This document shows, in pieces, positions 1-8,998 of a stretch of DNA of 57,674 nt. Positions within the stretch are counted from its first letter, which is position 1. Every line of letters begins with the position of its first letter. This DNA is from a virus. Its lineage: Duplodnaviria > Caudoviricetes. Location of the stretch: positions 1 through 57,674 of IMG/VR virus record IMGVR_UViG_3300023198_000698; one strand, 5' to 3'. A program made the position numbers and the translations under genes. The notes below the pieces were generated by a model. That model was not told where the DNA came from. It saw only the letters and a list, made by a program, of their open reading frames with translations, and ran no database searches.

Positions 1-27
1 TTCGTTCCTGTTTCGTTCCTGTCTAAC

Positions 28-58
28 GGCGGCGGGAAGGTAGCGCACTCCCGCCGCC
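28..58 (-). terminator. GC-rich hairpin downstream of the metallophosphoesterase gene
   Basis: GGCGGCGGGA (28-37) pairs with TCCCGCCGCC (49-58); no clear U-tract. Confidence 0.45.
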
Positions 59-71
59 TCCGCAAGTTTTC

Positions 72-1154
72 TTATGAGACGTAGGCTCGATCGTCAATGA
101 TCTTGTAATTGAGGATCTGAAAATTCCCCTTGAGATCCGTCCGTTCGACGATCGCGAAGCCGTGATTCCATCGGAGGCTGACCATGTTATAGCGGGGATG
201 CAGATCGCAGAGGCATCCCTGCGACCAACACGCGATCACCTTGTCATTGATTGACTTGTTCGAGTGGCTGCTCGTTTGGTGTCCGTGTCCTACAAGGGTG
301 CAATTCAGCGTCCGGAGGAAGACTCCTCTCGCCTGATTTACCGGCGAGAAAATCCCTTTGCCGACTTCGTGACCGTGGAGAACCCAAAGGTGACCGATCT
401 TCATCGGTTGGGACTTCACGAACTTAATGTCCAGGTCGTATTCCGGCGCCTCGTCTTCCGGGAAGAACAGCTCCGGGCATTTGAAGATCTTGTCTACCTG
501 CGAGAGTTGCGTCTCCCATAGGGCGGACGACACGTTCGACATGTGATCCGCCCATCGCTCCTCATGGTTCCCCATCTTCCAAGTGATCGGGATCGACGGC
601 CCGAAGATCTTCCGGATCGCCTGGATTAGCTGATAGGTTCCGCGGAGTTCCAGCTCGATCTTCCGGCCCTTCATCGTCTTCGTGAACCGACTAATCTGGT
701 AGAAGTCGATCAGGTCGCCATTGATTAGAATGCTGTCCACCTTGTTCTCGTAGCCGGTCCGTAGGGCGATCTCTAGCGCGTCCTCGTCGTGGAATGGGTA
801 GTGGATATCCGAGATAGAGAGAACCTTCTCTCCAGGGATGTTGTAAGGCGTCCAGATCACGTCCGTCTTCTCTGGCGGCGGAACGGTGGCCAAGACGACC
901 TTCGCTTCATCCCAGGACTTAACCAGCTCGGGTGCCACATTCACGGCTTGCTTGCGGCTCTGCTTCCCGTTCGCTCCGCGCCAGTATCGGATGCGGCCTC
1001 GCGCCATTTCGAGCGTCCACCGATCCGGGAACATTTTAACGAGGCGCTTGGCAAGTGTTCTTGTGGGGACGTCCGGACTTTTCCGGATCGCGGCCATCAC
1101 CAGCTTCGTCTCGCTTGGGTTCCATTGGTTTGTTTTTGGGTTCCGTTTACTCAT
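72..1154 (-). CDS. Calcineurin-like metallophosphoesterase with a basic, possibly HTH-like N-terminal domain
   Basis: Motifs SDIH, GDLID, GNHE, HGH and GHGH in canonical order. Confidence 0.88.
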   Translation of the reverse strand: MSKRNPKTNQWNPSETKLVMAAIRKSPDVPTRTLAKRLVKMFPDRWTLEMARGRIRYWRGANGKQSRKQAVNVAPELVKSWDEAKVVLATVPPPEKTDVIWTPYNIPGEKVLSISDIHYPFHDEDALEIALRTGYENKVDSILINGDLIDFYQISRFTKTMKGRKIELELRGTYQLIQAIRKIFGPSIPITWKMGNHEERWADHMSNVSSALWETQLSQVDKIFKCPELFFPEDEAPEYDLDIKFVKSQPMKIGHLWVLHGHEVGKGIFSPVNQARGVFLRTLNCTLVGHGHQTSSHSNKSINDKVIACWSQGCLCDLHPRYNMVSLRWNHGFAIVERTDLKGNFQILNYKIIDDRAYVS

Positions 1155-1158
1155 AGAT

Positions 1159-1770
1159 TTATTCCCAGTTTTCCAGCCTGCTCTGTAGCTCCTCGACTGC
1201 TTTGATTGTGTGCTCCCTGATCCCCTTCGCTTGGATCGTCTCGATCGGCGCGAAGGCGTCCGGGTTCTCGATGATTTGATTCACATCGAAGGCCCAGTAT
1301 TCTGCCGGATACTTGAGCGGCCCGAACCGATGCTGCCTGATTCTGACAATGATAAAACGTCCGTTGTTGTGGGCGGAGTAGAAGACGCCGTGCTCTTGTG
1401 CGTCTACGAACTTGAAGGCGATCGCCTCCATCGTTGGGACGTGTTCGTCGGGGATGCTTTGCTTTAGAGGTTTCCTGAGTGATCTCCTGAGTCCTTTGAT
1501 TTCATGCTGCATTTTTTTCCTTCTTGGTTCGCTTGCGATCGCGTAGCTCCTGCGAATCTTGCAAGCCGTCGATAACGCGCTTTGGTAGCCTTCGTCCGAT
1601 AGGTGGCGTTCGCTTTCTTCACGGAGTTCTTTCTGCAGCTTCTTGAGCCGCTTGTTCGCTGCCTCGGATGTCATGGCGTTATAACTTCGACTTGGTAGCC
1701 TGTCCTTAGCAGGTAGCTCGTTGTCTGCAGCGCCTTCTTGGATGTCTTGCAGATGTCGAAACAGATCCAC
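1159..1770 (-). CDS. Hypothetical protein
   Basis: 203-aa ORF that fits the operon; start uncertain. Confidence 0.6.
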   Translation of the reverse strand: MDLFRHLQDIQEGAADNELPAKDRLPSRSYNAMTSEAANKRLKKLQKELREESERHLSDEGYQSALSTACKIRRSYAIASEPRRKKMQHEIKGLRRSLRKPLKQSIPDEHVPTMEAIAFKFVDAQEHGVFYSAHNNGRFIIVRIRQHRFGPLKYPAEYWAFDVNQIIENPDAFAPIETIQAKGIREHTIKAVEELQSRLENWE

Positions 1771-1801
1771 GCTCCAGGCGTTACGATGTAGATGATCCAG
1801 G

Positions 1802-2287
1802 TCATGGGAGGCGGGTGTCGAGGTTTTGGTTTAGTTTGTAGGCGGTCAAGACTGGACTCAGGCAGAGCATAACAGGCGAGACGTTTGATGCTGGTATCCG
1901 GGAGAGTAGCTGGACTCCGGACTTCTCCAGTGCCGCGAAGACCAGCTCGGAACAGAACCATTTGCGGTTCGGCGGGTGAGCGCGGCGGGACACGAACCGA
2001 GCGACCCCGCTGAAGTCGTAGGGCTTCCCGACCTGCGCCTCGGCGAACGCCCAAGCGTCCTTGCTTTGCTTCGAGGTGATGCCGGTGATGTTGTAGCGTT
2101 GGACGTTGTCCCAGTTCTTCAGCTCCTTCTTCCGGACGCCACTTGTCCAGGCTTCGATTATGGTGTCGCTGCCGGCGCTCTCGACGAGTGCGGCGTGAGA
2201 CCAGAAGCTTCGGGTCTGCCAGCGGATCGCCCAGGAGACGAATCCGTGACCGTGAAATAATGCGACTTGAACGACTTTTTTATTCAT
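1802..2287 (-). CDS. Permuted papain-like NlpC/P60 amidase (YiiX/YaeF-like)
   Basis: WSHAAL (His first), IIEA, GKPYDF, WFCSELV (Cys last). Confidence 0.85.
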   Translation of the reverse strand: MNKKVVQVALFHGHGFVSWAIRWQTRSFWSHAALVESAGSDTIIEAWTSGVRKKELKNWDNVQRYNITGITSKQSKDAWAFAEAQVGKPYDFSGVARFVSRRAHPPNRKWFCSELVFAALEKSGVQLLSRIPASNVSPVMLCLSPVLTAYKLNQNLDTRLP

Positions 2288-2387
2288 GTGGTTTGTGTTT
2301 AATGGGGTTCGAGGTCGTTTATGTTATGCCTCAAGGTTAGAAGGATCGCTATCGGTATGATTAAACCTAGAAAAATCATTGTGTTGT

Positions 2388-2420
2388 AGGGGTCCGGGGT
2401 TTGCTGTCCCCCGGATTCCT
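2388..2420 (-). terminator. Intergenic hairpin, possible terminator
   Basis: AGGGGTCCGGGG...CCCCGGATTCCT just after the stop at 2432. Confidence 0.45.
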
Positions 2421-2431
2421 TCGGTGGTGGT

Positions 2432-3058
2432 TTACGGTCCGCCGTCGCCGCCTTCCATTTCCCGGCGCTCGTCCTCGGTGAGCGTCCCGCCGGCGGTGTC
2501 GTCGTCGAACTTCTTCTCCCGCTTCTTCGCGGCGGCGTCTTCCTGTTCGCGGTTGAAGGCTTGCTGCTCCTCGATCTCCTTCATCCTGGCAGCGTCGGCT
2601 TCGTCCGGGTTCACGACTTCGACGCCGGCCGTCTTGGTGACTGCCAGCGGCAGCTCGGTCTGATCCGGGTCCGGGACCTGAACCCTGGCGCCGTCCTTCC
2701 AGGCTTGCGAGAACGCGATCCCGACTTTGATCTGCCCCGGCTGGGTCTTCCGGCAGATCTCGATCTTCAGCGCGAACGCAAGGGTCCGCTCCCCGCTATC
2801 CCTGGCGATCTTGTCGATCATCTCGTAATGGCGCTTTATCAGCAGGACCGCCTGCTGAAGGCTTGCGCCGAGTTCCGACTCCTCCCACGGTCCAGATGTG
2901 GGCGGTAGGGCTTCCCGGGCGAGCGATCGCCAATAATCCATGTTCAGCTCGTCACCGGCGCCCTGCGTGATCTCGTCCACTACGGCCATCTCGGCCGGCT
3001 GTTCCGGCGGAGGCGCCGGCTTGTTCGGTTTCATTGCTTTCTTTGGTTTCTTTGCCAT
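2432..3058 (-). CDS. Hypothetical protein
   Basis: 208-aa ORF with AAGGA SD. Confidence 0.7.
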   Translation of the reverse strand: MAKKPKKAMKPNKPAPPPEQPAEMAVVDEITQGAGDELNMDYWRSLAREALPPTSGPWEESELGASLQQAVLLIKRHYEMIDKIARDSGERTLAFALKIEICRKTQPGQIKVGIAFSQAWKDGARVQVPDPDQTELPLAVTKTAGVEVVNPDEADAARMKEIEEQQAFNREQEDAAAKKREKKFDDDTAGGTLTEDERREMEGGDGGP

Positions 3059-3065
3059 GTGTTCC

Positions 3066-3542
3066 TTATGCTGCCTTTGGTTGCGCGGGGTGCTTCGGCA
3101 GCTTCGCCTCCCACGATTTATATCCTCCGAGGATCTCGCGGATCTCCGTGATGATGTTCCCGAGGATTATCGACTGACATCTTCCAGCCTTCAGCGCGGC
3201 TACGATCGACGGCTCCCTCGCGATGATCGTGATCTCGACGAACTCAGGCAGGACTCCGGAGCATCGCAGATCCGGCGTGAGCTTCTTGGTGAATGTTAGG
3301 AGGTTCTTCAGGATGCCGAAGATCCGATCGCTCGCGGTCGTTCCGGTTGTGGCCTTCTCCATCTCGACACGGTGGGTCTTGGTTTTGCCGACCATGATGT
3401 TCCAAGCGTTGTATCCGGTGGCGCCTATAGCGACCTCAATCCTTATGGGGTTGCTGATACCCCGGGAGCGAATCTCCTGTAGTTCCTTGTGCTCCGGTGG
3501 TGTTCTCTCCTGCGGGTTTGGTGTCGGGGATGTCGTCTTCAT
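3066..3542 (-). CDS. Hypothetical protein
   Basis: 158-aa ORF overlapping the 3' end of the helicase gene. Confidence 0.65.
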   Translation of the reverse strand: MKTTSPTPNPQERTPPEHKELQEIRSRGISNPIRIEVAIGATGYNAWNIMVGKTKTHRVEMEKATTGTTASDRIFGILKNLLTFTKKLTPDLRCSGVLPEFVEITIIAREPSIVAALKAGRCQSIILGNIITEIREILGGYKSWEAKLPKHPAQPKAA

Positions 3543-5295
3543 CTATTTTATTTCCAGGCTGCAGCTTGACGAAGTTCACGGACAGGTCGCGCCATAGAAG
3601 GATCACTGGTTCCTTCCCGGTCGATCGTTGCTTGGTGCAATAGATCCATGCGTCGGGTGCTTTAGGGTCTGGCGTGTTGGATTGTTCTTTTCGTCGGTTA
3701 CGATACACCGCAAGAGCGACGGATGTCAAATCGGTGATTGTGGAGGCGCCTCGGACTTCATCGACGGAGTGGATCTGCTTCTTGGCTTGGTCGGTCGGGA
3801 TCTTGCGATGGTGCGCGAGGACCCAGACGGTTACGCGGTTGTCTCGCCCCCAGTCGGTGAGTGTGTTCATGTCGTCGGTCTGCTGCGCGTAGTCGTCCAT
3901 CTTGGTCGTGAGCTTGGTCAGGTTGTCCAAGACAAAGTGAGTGCATCCGAAGCGGCTCTTCGCGTATTCCCAGAAGTCGATAATGTCCGCCAGTCTGGCT
4001 TTGCCTGTCTGTTTTAGCCAGACGAAGGAGTCCCTCTCGGCGAGGTAGTCTTCCAGGATCTCCTTGGTCATCTCGCCGGCGGCGATCCCGATGTCCAGCT
4101 CGACCATCCGACGGACGACGTCCAGGGTGTCCATCTCCAGGCTGGCGATCGCGACCTTCGCCTGATGCTGCTGGGCGATCTCGACCGCAGCCTGATGGAC
4201 GATCTGAGACTTGCCGTGTCCGGTTGGTCCGGACAGAAGGACGGCGTGTCCTGGCAGGAGACGGATGTCCGGGCCGAAAAGCGCGATGTGGGACCCCTCC
4301 TCGATCTCGTTCGAGCGGAGGATGTAGTCGGTGATCTCCTGCGCGTTCTGCGCGGTCGTCAAGATCCTGGAGTCGAACAGTCCCTTCGCTTGGAAGATTG
4401 CCTCCCGGAACTCAGTTGAGGTCCAGCCTTTACAGAGCGCATCGTTCGCGTCCTTGTGCTCCCCGAGGCCGATCACGCGCAGCCGCGCCTTGCCGATCCT
4501 GCGGACGAACTGCTCGACCATCTCCTCGCCAGCTCGGTCCGCGTCCGGGCAGAGGTAGATCGTCTCGAACTGCTGCAGGTTCTCCCAGTCGTAGCCGATC
4601 GCTTCGCCGGCTGAGCTGGCGCCGTTCGGAACGGACAACGCCGGGAATCCCATCGAATGCCATGTCATTGCGTCGATCTCGCCCTCGGTGATGATCACTT
4701 CCGGGGAGTCCTTGGCGAGCGCCTGCCAACCGAAGAAGGACGGGGCGCAGCCGGGGTCTGCGCGGATGATTTTTCTGCCGCGCTCGTCTCTGTTCAGCTT
4801 TAGATATTTGATCGCCACAAGCTCTCCGTCTGGCGATATGAACGGGAAGACGATCTCATTCTTGTCGCGGATCATGCAGGCCTTGAATTGCGCCAAGGTC
4901 TCGGGGTTTATCATTCGGGTCCCGGTCATGTAATCACTAAACTCGTCCCTGAGCTTCTTCGCCGCCGGCTTGTCCGGGGTGCGGTAGGTCTTTTTGTGCG
5001 CGACGACCTCCTCCACTCCAAGGAACGCTTTCGCTTCGATGATTGCCTCCCGCATCGAGATCCCTCGCGCCTTCCTCCAGAGCGTGAGCATGTCGCCGGC
5101 GTAGGAGTCCGGGTTCGCGAAGTCTTTCCCGACGCCCTTGTTGAGATTGATCGAGAGGCTATTGCCGTCGTCCCCGTAGAGATCGCCGGCCTGCCATTCG
5201 CCGCCGACCTTCTTCCCGTGCGGGAGAAGCTTTCGGCAAACCTGCTCAGCTTGCGCGTTCAGGCGCTGAGCTATTTCACGGGGTCCGATCTGCAT
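3436..5295 (-). CDS. Bifunctional primase-helicase (TOPRIM plus SF4/DnaB-like; T7 gp4/Twinkle type)
   Basis: TOPRIM ITEGEIDA and CPDADRAG; Walker A SGPTGHGKS, Walker B FVLDNL, LAHHRK; start set at MQIGPRE. Confidence 0.9.
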   Translation of the reverse strand: MQIGPREIAQRLNAQAEQVCRKLLPHGKKVGGEWQAGDLYGDDGNSLSINLNKGVGKDFANPDSYAGDMLTLWRKARGISMREAIIEAKAFLGVEEVVAHKKTYRTPDKPAAKKLRDEFSDYMTGTRMINPETLAQFKACMIRDKNEIVFPFISPDGELVAIKYLKLNRDERGRKIIRADPGCAPSFFGWQALAKDSPEVIITEGEIDAMTWHSMGFPALSVPNGASSAGEAIGYDWENLQQFETIYLCPDADRAGEEMVEQFVRRIGKARLRVIGLGEHKDANDALCKGWTSTEFREAIFQAKGLFDSRILTTAQNAQEITDYILRSNEIEEGSHIALFGPDIRLLPGHAVLLSGPTGHGKSQIVHQAAVEIAQQHQAKVAIASLEMDTLDVVRRMVELDIGIAAGEMTKEILEDYLAERDSFVWLKQTGKARLADIIDFWEYAKSRFGCTHFVLDNLTKLTTKMDDYAQQTDDMNTLTDWGRDNRVTVWVLAHHRKIPTDQAKKQIHSVDEVRGASTITDLTSVALAVYRNRRKEQSNTPDPKAPDAWIYCTKQRSTGKEPVILLWRDLSVNFVKLQPGNKIDEDDIPDTKPAGENTTGAQGTTGDSLPGYQQPHKD

Positions 5296-6415
5296 CGTTT
5301 TTCTTTCGTTGGTGCTTTGCGGTGATCTCCATCGCCGCGGCGTCGTTCTTTTTCCGGCGCTCAATAGAATCGCACACCGCCTTCGCTTTGTCACGTCCAG
5401 GTTTTAGGACCTGCTCGTCGTAGTCCTTCGCGAAGGTTGTCAGGTGGCGGGTTAGGGCCGCGATTGAATATTCAAAGTGAGGCTTTAGCCACGGCTTGCT
5501 GATCGCCCACTGCATGAGCGCCGGCAGGCTCACCCCGGGAATCCCGTCCTTGTCCCAGATCGTGAGCATGTTCTTGCATTGCGCCATCTCGATCTGAATC
5601 TGGCTCCGGGTTTTCGCCTGACCGCCCACTCCCTCGAACCGCATCGCGGCGTTGATCTCCTTCCAGAGCGTGAAGGTTCGGTTCTGCTTCTTCGGTCGAG
5701 GCGGTTCGGACCCTCTCGCCAGCTCCCGTTTTTCGGCTTCTGTCAGGTCTGGCTCCGGTAGCGTGAAGAGGTCTTGCTGCATGGCTTGTTGTCCTTCCCC
5801 GAAAGTGATCTTAATCACGTTGATCGGTGGAGCATCCGAGAGGATCGCTCCATCCGGAGGATATTGTTTAGATGTTTCCTTAATGTTTACTATATAGGGG
5901 CCTCGCTTTTTTCCGAATGTTGGTAGGCTGTTTTCCGAATGTTGGGGCCTCTTTTTCCGAATGTTGGCAAGGCGCTTTTCCGAATGTTGGGACGTCCTGA
6001 AGGCAGGCACCAGACGCCCGGATGCCGGCGGGAAAGTGCGCGTGTTGGAGAACCTCCAGACCCACTTCCCGAGGCAGGTCCCAGGCTGGGCGTAGCCGAA
6101 GCTACGGAGTTCCGACAATCTGTCGCGAATAGTGTCGGGATTGCATCCGGCCCAGTCCGCCAGGGCGCCGGTCGAGTAGAACCTGGAGGACTGGAGGCCG
6201 GTCTTAGATTTGAAGATCGCGAACAGCAGGCCCCTCGCCTTCTCTCCAAGGTGTTCGTCCCGGGTGAAGGAGGACTCGCCGGCGTCCTTGGTGAAGACGA
6301 AGGAACGATCGGCCACTTGACGAGGCCGGCGTCGGGTGGTAGTGTCCCGACGTTGTTCTTCCGTCGCCCCCTTTGGTGTAGCAGCCAGGGGGGTGTTTTT
6401 TTCTAATTGTCCCAT
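5276..6415 (-). CDS. Putative replication initiator (HTH, lambda O-like organisation)
   Basis: HTH-like STGALADWAGCNPDTIRDRLSELRSFGY, internal iteron repeats, directly upstream of the primase-helicase; start set at MGQLEK. Confidence 0.7.
   Translation of the reverse strand: MGQLEKNTPLAATPKGATEEQRRDTTTRRRPRQVADRSFVFTKDAGESSFTRDEHLGEKARGLLFAIFKSKTGLQSSRFYSTGALADWAGCNPDTIRDRLSELRSFGYAQPGTCLGKWVWRFSNTRTFPPASGRLVPAFRTSQHSEKRLANIRKKRPQHSENSLPTFGKKRGPYIVNIKETSKQYPPDGAILSDAPPINVIKITFGEGQQAMQQDLFTLPEPDLTEAEKRELARGSEPPRPKKQNRTFTLWKEINAAMRFEGVGGQAKTRSQIQIEMAQCKNMLTIWDKDGIPGVSLPALMQWAISKPWLKPHFEYSIAALTRHLTTFAKDYDEQVLKPGRDKAKAVCDSIERRKKNDAAAMEITAKHQRKKNDADRTP
5909..5990. repeat. Four iteron-like 15-bp direct repeats (putative origin)
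   Basis: TTTTCCGAATGTTGG at 5909, 5931, 5953 and 5976 (spacing 22, 22, 23), next to an AT-rich patch at about 5863-5896. Confidence 0.85.
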
Positions 6416-6714
6416 GATTCGATTCCGATGGCTGGGTTCACGATCTGCTTCGCCCAGAGCAGGACTTCCTCTCCTCCTCCGTCCGGGGAGAAGACGAAGG
6501 TCCCGACGTGTTGCAGGTCCCCCTCGACGAAGGGGCGAGCGATGCCGGTCTGCCCGAAGCTTAGGAGGACGTCTTCGTCTGGCCCCTTGACTTGCTTCCC
6601 GACGTAGATCGCCGGAGATGATTCGACGTGCAAGACGTCGCCTTCTTTGATGTCGGTGCTCATGTGGTGCGTTGACTGTAGCGCGTCCGGTTCGGTTTTG
6701 CAAGTTGGGTTCAT
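6403..6714 (-). CDS. Hypothetical protein
   Basis: 103-aa ORF overlapping its neighbours. Confidence 0.65.
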   Translation of the reverse strand: MNPTCKTEPDALQSTHHMSTDIKEGDVLHVESSPAIYVGKQVKGPDEDVLLSFGQTGIARPFVEGDLQHVGTFVFSPDGGGEEVLLWAKQIVNPAIGIESWDN

Positions 6715-6938
6715 TCGGTTATTGTTACATGGAAGCCGTCGGCGATCAGGCCGAGGATCTCGATCTCCATCACCTCGTCGAGGACGCGTAAGTCTCGGAG
6801 GCCCTTGCCGAGGCGCTTCACGCCGACGGCCCCCTCGATCTTAATGATGCGATAGCCTTCCGTGACTGCCTGATAGGCAAACGTCTTGCCTCCAGGTTTG
6901 TCTCTCCATCTCCGGATTGTGATCTTGGTGTCGTTCAT
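6711..6938 (-). CDS. Hypothetical protein
   Basis: 75-aa ORF; stop overlaps the next start (ATGA). Confidence 0.65.
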   Translation of the reverse strand: MNDTKITIRRWRDKPGGKTFAYQAVTEGYRIIKIEGAVGVKRLGKGLRDLRVLDEVMEIEILGLIADGFHVTITE

Positions 6939-6944
6939 ATCATG

Positions 6945-7124
6945 TTAGTCTCCCTGTTTCGTGCTCCACCAGCTCGGATACATTCCGGCCTTCGAGAGCG
7001 ATCGTAGCCACTTCTCCGCGAAGAGCAGGTTCGGGAATTCCACCCTGCTCGCTGCTTTCCGCAGTGCGGATCGCCACTCGGACGCCGGCGCCTGCGGCCC
7101 TTCTTGTTGTTTCTTTGGGATCAT
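6945..7124 (-). CDS. Hypothetical protein (MIPKKQQ...)
   Basis: ATG at 7124 overlaps the upstream TGA; 59 aa. Confidence 0.55.
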   Translation of the reverse strand: MIPKKQQEGPQAPASEWRSALRKAASRVEFPNLLFAEKWLRSLSKAGMYPSWWSTKQGD

Positions 7125-7369
7125 GCTTGGATGCTGAAGACGTTTCCGATCAGGGTCGCTCGATCGAAGCCTTCCATGATTCCGTTGACCTGCATAGATC
7201 CAAACATCGTGGTGGTGACCGCCCACCAAGCTTTGCGCTGATGCGCAAGCATGGAGTGCGGGTTCTGGACGACGATGATCGGGGAGCCGGCCGAGGTCTT
7301 CGTCCACTTGGCGCGGAGGCCGGCGTCCCGAAATGTTGCGACGGTGTATTTCATCGCCTCAAGACCCAT
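7121..7369 (-). CDS. Hypothetical protein
   Basis: 82-aa ORF within the operon. Confidence 0.6.
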   Translation of the reverse strand: MGLEAMKYTVATFRDAGLRAKWTKTSAGSPIIVVQNPHSMLAHQRKAWWAVTTTMFGSMQVNGIMEGFDRATLIGNVFSIQA

Positions 7370-7728
7370 AGCTGCCTTTCAGCGTCTGCCCCATAGACGG
7401 GTGGCGCTTGACGCGGTCGGTCACGACGACGCGGACGTTCTCGTTTATCTCCAGGAGGAACTCCTTCGAGACCCTCTTGAATTTTCCGTTCCGCTCGTTC
7501 GTGCTGATCGCGAGAGCGAGGTCGCGGACCATCTTCTGGTTTATTAGATTCATCTATTTTTTTCATCCTCTCTTTGTGTGCTGCATTGCGTTCCGCCCAC
7601 TCTTTCATGGTCTTGCTCCAGCAAGGATCGCACAAATAAAGCGTGTATTTGTCGTGGCTGGTTTCCGGCCAGCTAAACTTCTCCGACCTAGCCCCGAACT
7701 TCCCGCAAGCTTCACATTTCTCGGGCAT
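7351..7728 (-). CDS. Small Zn-finger protein (CxxC...CxxC); C-terminal half doubtful
   Basis: CEAC and CDPC; first gene after the promoter at 7771-7797; 3' half overlaps the 7359-7553 ORF. Confidence 0.55.
   Translation of the reverse strand: MPEKCEACGKFGARSEKFSWPETSHDKYTLYLCDPCWSKTMKEWAERNAAHKERMKKIDESNKPEDGPRPRSRDQHERAERKIQEGLEGVPPGDKRERPRRRDRPRQAPPVYGADAERQLWVLRR
7359..7553 (-). CDS. Putative small histone-fold protein
   Basis: LINQKMVRDL...KRVSKEFL...VKRH..GQTLK matches the helix1-RVS-helix2-(R/K)T(I/L)K pattern of prokaryotic histones; helix 3 absent. Confidence 0.5.
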   Translation of the reverse strand: MNLINQKMVRDLALAISTNERNGKFKRVSKEFLLEINENVRVVVTDRVKRHPSMGQTLKGSYGS

Positions 7729-7770
7729 GTATTGCCTTTCGTTGTCGGCTGTCAGTAGCCGTTCCTTATG

Positions 7771-7797
7771 TTATCGGCAGATCCTGGAAATACTTTA
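7771..7797 (-). promoter_or_regulatory. Sigma-28/FliA-type promoter
   Basis: Minus strand TAAA-N15-GCCGATAA, perfect consensus; the -35 TAA is the upstream stop codon. Confidence 0.8.
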
Positions 7798-8160
7798 GCG
7801 GCAGAATTTCAGGATGAGCGGATCGGTCGGCTTTGGGCATGGGTTCATCGGCGACTGGTTCGGGGAGACCTGGAACCCAAGCTGGCAGCGGCTTTCGAGG
7901 CCTGAATGATGCTGGCCCACCTTAACCGGCTGTCTGAGCAGCGCATGGCATCCTGAGCAGGACGAGTGCTGCCGCAGCGGCGGCTTCTTGGTGAGCGGCG
8001 TCTGATCGAAGTCGACCCAGACGTGAGCGGAGACCCAGGCGCCGTTCAGGGAGCCGAACTCGCTGATCGCCGGCATGGGTTCGAACTCGATCACCCCGGG
8101 CTTCTCATGGTAAGCCTTCGCCATCTCGACGATCGCGTTCCTGCGTGGTTCGCCCTTCAT
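7795..8160 (-). CDS. Hypothetical protein with Cys-rich C-terminus
   Basis: ATG at 8160 overlaps the upstream TGA; CSGC...C...CPKP. Confidence 0.6.
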   Translation of the reverse strand: MKGEPRRNAIVEMAKAYHEKPGVIEFEPMPAISEFGSLNGAWVSAHVWVDFDQTPLTKKPPLRQHSSCSGCHALLRQPVKVGQHHSGLESRCQLGFQVSPNQSPMNPCPKPTDPLILKFCR

Positions 8161-8903
8161 GATCGGACGCGGACCTCGTCGGTCCATTGGTGCTTAACGC
8201 CAGGGAGGGTGTGGCCGGCTTCCAGGTATTCCCGGATCACGGACTTGATCGGAATCAGCGAAACGCAAGAAGGGTGAGCCTTCAGGAGCGCGTGGACGTC
8301 CGTCACCTCGTAGGACAGGACCTTCTGGATGCTTTGGCCGGTCGCTTTGAGCGCCTTCGGTTTGCCGGCGCGGACCGCGTTGTCGTAGTCCTTCTGGCGC
8401 TTCTCGGCTTCCTCTGTCGCAAGCGCGGCGGCTTCCGCCTCGTTGATGCCTGCGTCTTTCGTGGTAACCTTAGCTTGTGCGGCTTCGGCGGCTTCCTTCG
8501 CGGCTTGGTGATCCTTCCGCGCCTGCTCCATGTCGGCGAATCGCTTCGCCTCGGCGGCGTCGATCCGAGCCTTCTCGGCGGCTTGGAATTCGATCGTCAG
8601 ATTCCCGAGGCGCTTCGCTTCAGTGTCCAGGCCGGCGACGTATTCCTTGCAGGCAGTGTCGATCTTCTGGCCCATCCGGATAAACGGCTCCTTCGCGGCC
8701 TTCCGGAACTTCTCAACGTCGGAAACGAGGGCCTTAAGCATCCGGGCGGTCCGGACGATCATCCCCTGCTTCTCGGCGTCCGGGCAGTCCTGAAATACGG
8801 TCGCTTTGTCGAGGAGTTCCTGGCGCTCCTGAACTGCGGCGGCGGACAAGGTGATCTCGGTGTTCTCAAACGGGAGGCGGTGTTCAATTTTGACAATTTC
8901 CAT
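8157..8903 (-). CDS. Coiled-coil phage protein (Gp157/DUF1351-like)
   Basis: Helical body with C-terminal YEVTD...IREYLEAGHTLPGV, typical of recombination-module neighbours. Confidence 0.6.
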   Translation of the reverse strand: MEIVKIEHRLPFENTEITLSAAAVQERQELLDKATVFQDCPDAEKQGMIVRTARMLKALVSDVEKFRKAAKEPFIRMGQKIDTACKEYVAGLDTEAKRLGNLTIEFQAAEKARIDAAEAKRFADMEQARKDHQAAKEAAEAAQAKVTTKDAGINEAEAAALATEEAEKRQKDYDNAVRAGKPKALKATGQSIQKVLSYEVTDVHALLKAHPSCVSLIPIKSVIREYLEAGHTLPGVKHQWTDEVRVRS

Positions 8904-8955
8904 AATCTTCGTTGTGTTAAGCGGACTTTATTTTCGTCGGTTTGTTTTAAAGGGT

Positions 8956-8988
8956 GGGGCGGGAACCTTTAATTCAGATCCCCGCCCC
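8956..8988 (-). terminator. Hairpin after the SSB gene
   Basis: GGGGCGGG/CCCGCCCC stem followed on the minus strand by ACCCTTT. Confidence 0.5.
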
Positions 8989-8998
8989 GGTGTTTCAA

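Noticed and set aside
1-22. TTCGTTCCTGT tandem duplicate as a terminal repeat or att site
   Set aside because: Only two copies, at the window edge, with no context to evaluate
2349-2375. ACCGATAG as another sigma-28-type promoter
   Set aside because: No TAAA-like -35 at 15-16 nt spacing
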